This document shows, piece after piece, positions 62,772-64,000 of a stretch of DNA of 64,000 nucleotides (positions within the stretch are counted from its first letter, which is position 1; every line of letters starts with the position of its first letter). Position numbers and translations under genes: made by a program. Below the pieces are notes generated by a model that was given only the letters and a program-made list of their open reading frames with translations, was not told the origin of the DNA and did no database searches. The stretch comes from Minisyncoccota bacterium (GTDB lineage: Bacteria; Patescibacteriota; Minisyncoccia; Phycocordibacterales; UBA2100), in contig JALHPE010000002.1 of assembly GCA_022842645.1 (NCBI GenBank), forward strand, positions 1,322 to 65,321. The letters are read 5' to 3'.

Positions 62772-64000
62772 TCACGCTACTTTTTTGATTTCTCGATACG
62801 CAACCATGATCGCGAAAATACCGATGAGCACGAGTCCGATCGCTTGACCCACCAAAATTCCTTCTGGCCCGCCGATCCGCCCGCCAATGTAGACAAAAGG
62901 AATAAGAAAAACGATATTGCGTAACATGTTGATGGTTGTCGCGAGCGCTGCTTTATCAAGTGCGTTTAAGGCAGCATTTGCAACGAACACCATGCCGGCA
63001 AATGCAAAACTCCACCCAAGAAATGTGGCATAAAAAAGGACAAGACCCGCACCTTCAGCACTGAGGGAAAATTGCTCGACTAGCAAATGTCGAACAAAGA
63101 AAAGAATAATCGAGGCACCTGCGACATAGTACAGAGTAAACATAATTGCATCTCGAAATGCACTGAGCACTCGATCATACTTTTGTGCGCCAAGATTTTG
63201 TCCAATAATAGGACCTATCGCGCCCGAGAGTGCAAAAATGACACCAAAAAGAACCGGCGTGATGCGCCCCAAAACCGAAGCCCCTGCGACGTAGCTGTCG
63301 CCGTAACGAGCAAGTTGCGTAATCACGAATGCACTTCCCACGGGTGTTGAGAGATTACTGAGTGCCGCGGGGATGAAAACACGCGCGTATTCTCGCACGT
63401 CCTGGAAGAGGCCCGGCTCACGCTCACCATCTAAAAAACCGCTGCGGTAGAGGAGAAAGAAGCCAATTGCGCAGATTGAAATACGTGATGTGGCAGCGGC
63501 AAGTGCGGCACCAGAAAGCCCCCAGTCGAATCCAAAGATGAATAATGGGTCGAGAACGGCGTTCACAACGCCTCCGAGGAGTGTGACGTACATTGCCAAA
63601 CGGAATTGTCCTTTTGCGCGCAGAACCGCCGAGGCGGCGATTCCCATGGCAAGAAACGGGAACGTAGGTATCACGATGCGAAAGTATTCGACTGCATACT
63701 CGAGGGTGCTGCCACGGGCGCCAAGAAGCGAGAGGATGGGTTCGGCAAAAATAAAGAGTACAAACGCTAGGGGTATTGTAAGCACGAGTGTATAGAATGC
63801 CGTATTGCGAAAAAAAGATCGGGCGCGAAGCCCATTATTCGCACCCTCAAGTCGGGAGATGGTGGTTGTGATGGCGATCGAGCTTGCGATTGCAAGAGAA
63901 AGCGTAAAAAAAGAAACACTTCCTGCGAAACCAACGGCCGCTGCGAGCTCGGCTTCGCCAAGAAGCCCGATGAAGAAAATATCCAGAAGATCGACGAAAA
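62772..64000 (-). CDS. MATE-family efflux transporter (5' end beyond window; ORF continues in-frame past 63785 to the window edge)
   Basis: 12-TM MATE pattern. The upstream in-frame sequence has no stop up to 64000. Confidence 0.65.
   Translation of the reverse strand, partial: FVDLLDIFFIGLLGEAELAAAVGFAGSVSFFTLSLAIASSIAITTTISRLEGANNGLRARSFFRNTAFYTLVLTIPLAFVLFIFAEPILSLLGARGSTLEYAVEYFRIVIPTFPFLAMGIAASAVLRAKGQFRLAMYVTLLGGVVNAVLDPLFIFGFDWGLSGAALAAATSRISICAIGFFLLYRSGFLDGEREPGLFQDVREYARVFIPAALSNLSTPVGSAFVITQLARYGDSYVAGASVLGRITPVLFGVIFALSGAIGPIIGQNLGAQKYDRVLSAFRDAIMFTLYYVAGASIILFFVRHLLVEQFSLSAEGAGLVLFYATFLGWSFAFAGMVFVANAALNALDKAALATTINMLRNIVFLIPFVYIGGRIGGPEGILVGQAIGLVLIGIFAIMVAYREIKKVA

Overview
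This 64-kb window reads like a compact bacterial chromosome segment from a small-genome, secretion-rich organism. A CPR/Patescibacteria-like lineage is an inference from gene content only. Most ORFs are short and tightly packed, often with ATGA or TAATG start/stop overlaps. I recognise these housekeeping blocks: (i) thymidylate metabolism, with mazG-like and tmk convergent on a divergently transcribed dcd-thyA-folA operon plus a PurN-like formyltransferase; (ii) an ABC-2 exporter pair; (iii) an ECF sigma/anti-sigma pair; (iv) a beta-glucoside catabolic block (cupin-type PGI, GH1, transporter, GH5-like hydrolase, ROK glucokinase); (v) def-fmt; (vi) two mreB paralogs with mreC, an mreD-like gene and PBP2, plus frr, rseP, proS, greA, hpf, trhO and a P-type ATPase; (vii) many signal-peptide, low-complexity or repeat proteins. 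The accessory-looking parts are the most interesting. A visibly AT-richer 3.4-kb gene at 39930-43328 encodes a 1132-aa KAP-family P-loop NTPase and sits directly beside a tRNA locus. In that locus a tRNA-Asn(GUU) gene (43701-44012, minus strand) is split by a 240-nt group I intron carrying clear P/Q/R/S core elements. Partial direct and inverted copies of the tRNA 3' end lie next to it and look like integration scars. A REP-associated tyrosine transposase (RAYT) at 18368-19024 is bounded exactly by, and internally contains, copies of a 25-bp palindrome ATGTGGGACTTCGTAAGTCCCACAT. A related 53-bp perfect palindrome lies upstream of glyA. Other notable items are a DedA-HAD phosphatase fusion, a bacterial SET-domain protein, a TMEM175-like channel, a standalone RpoA alpha-CTD-like protein, and a SpeA-like decarboxylase sitting AT-rich between tRNA-Val and tRNA-Pro. 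I found no CRISPR array and no rRNA. All homology calls come from motif recognition by eye, not from searches. Gene starts were adjusted where the six-frame ORF clearly over-extended.
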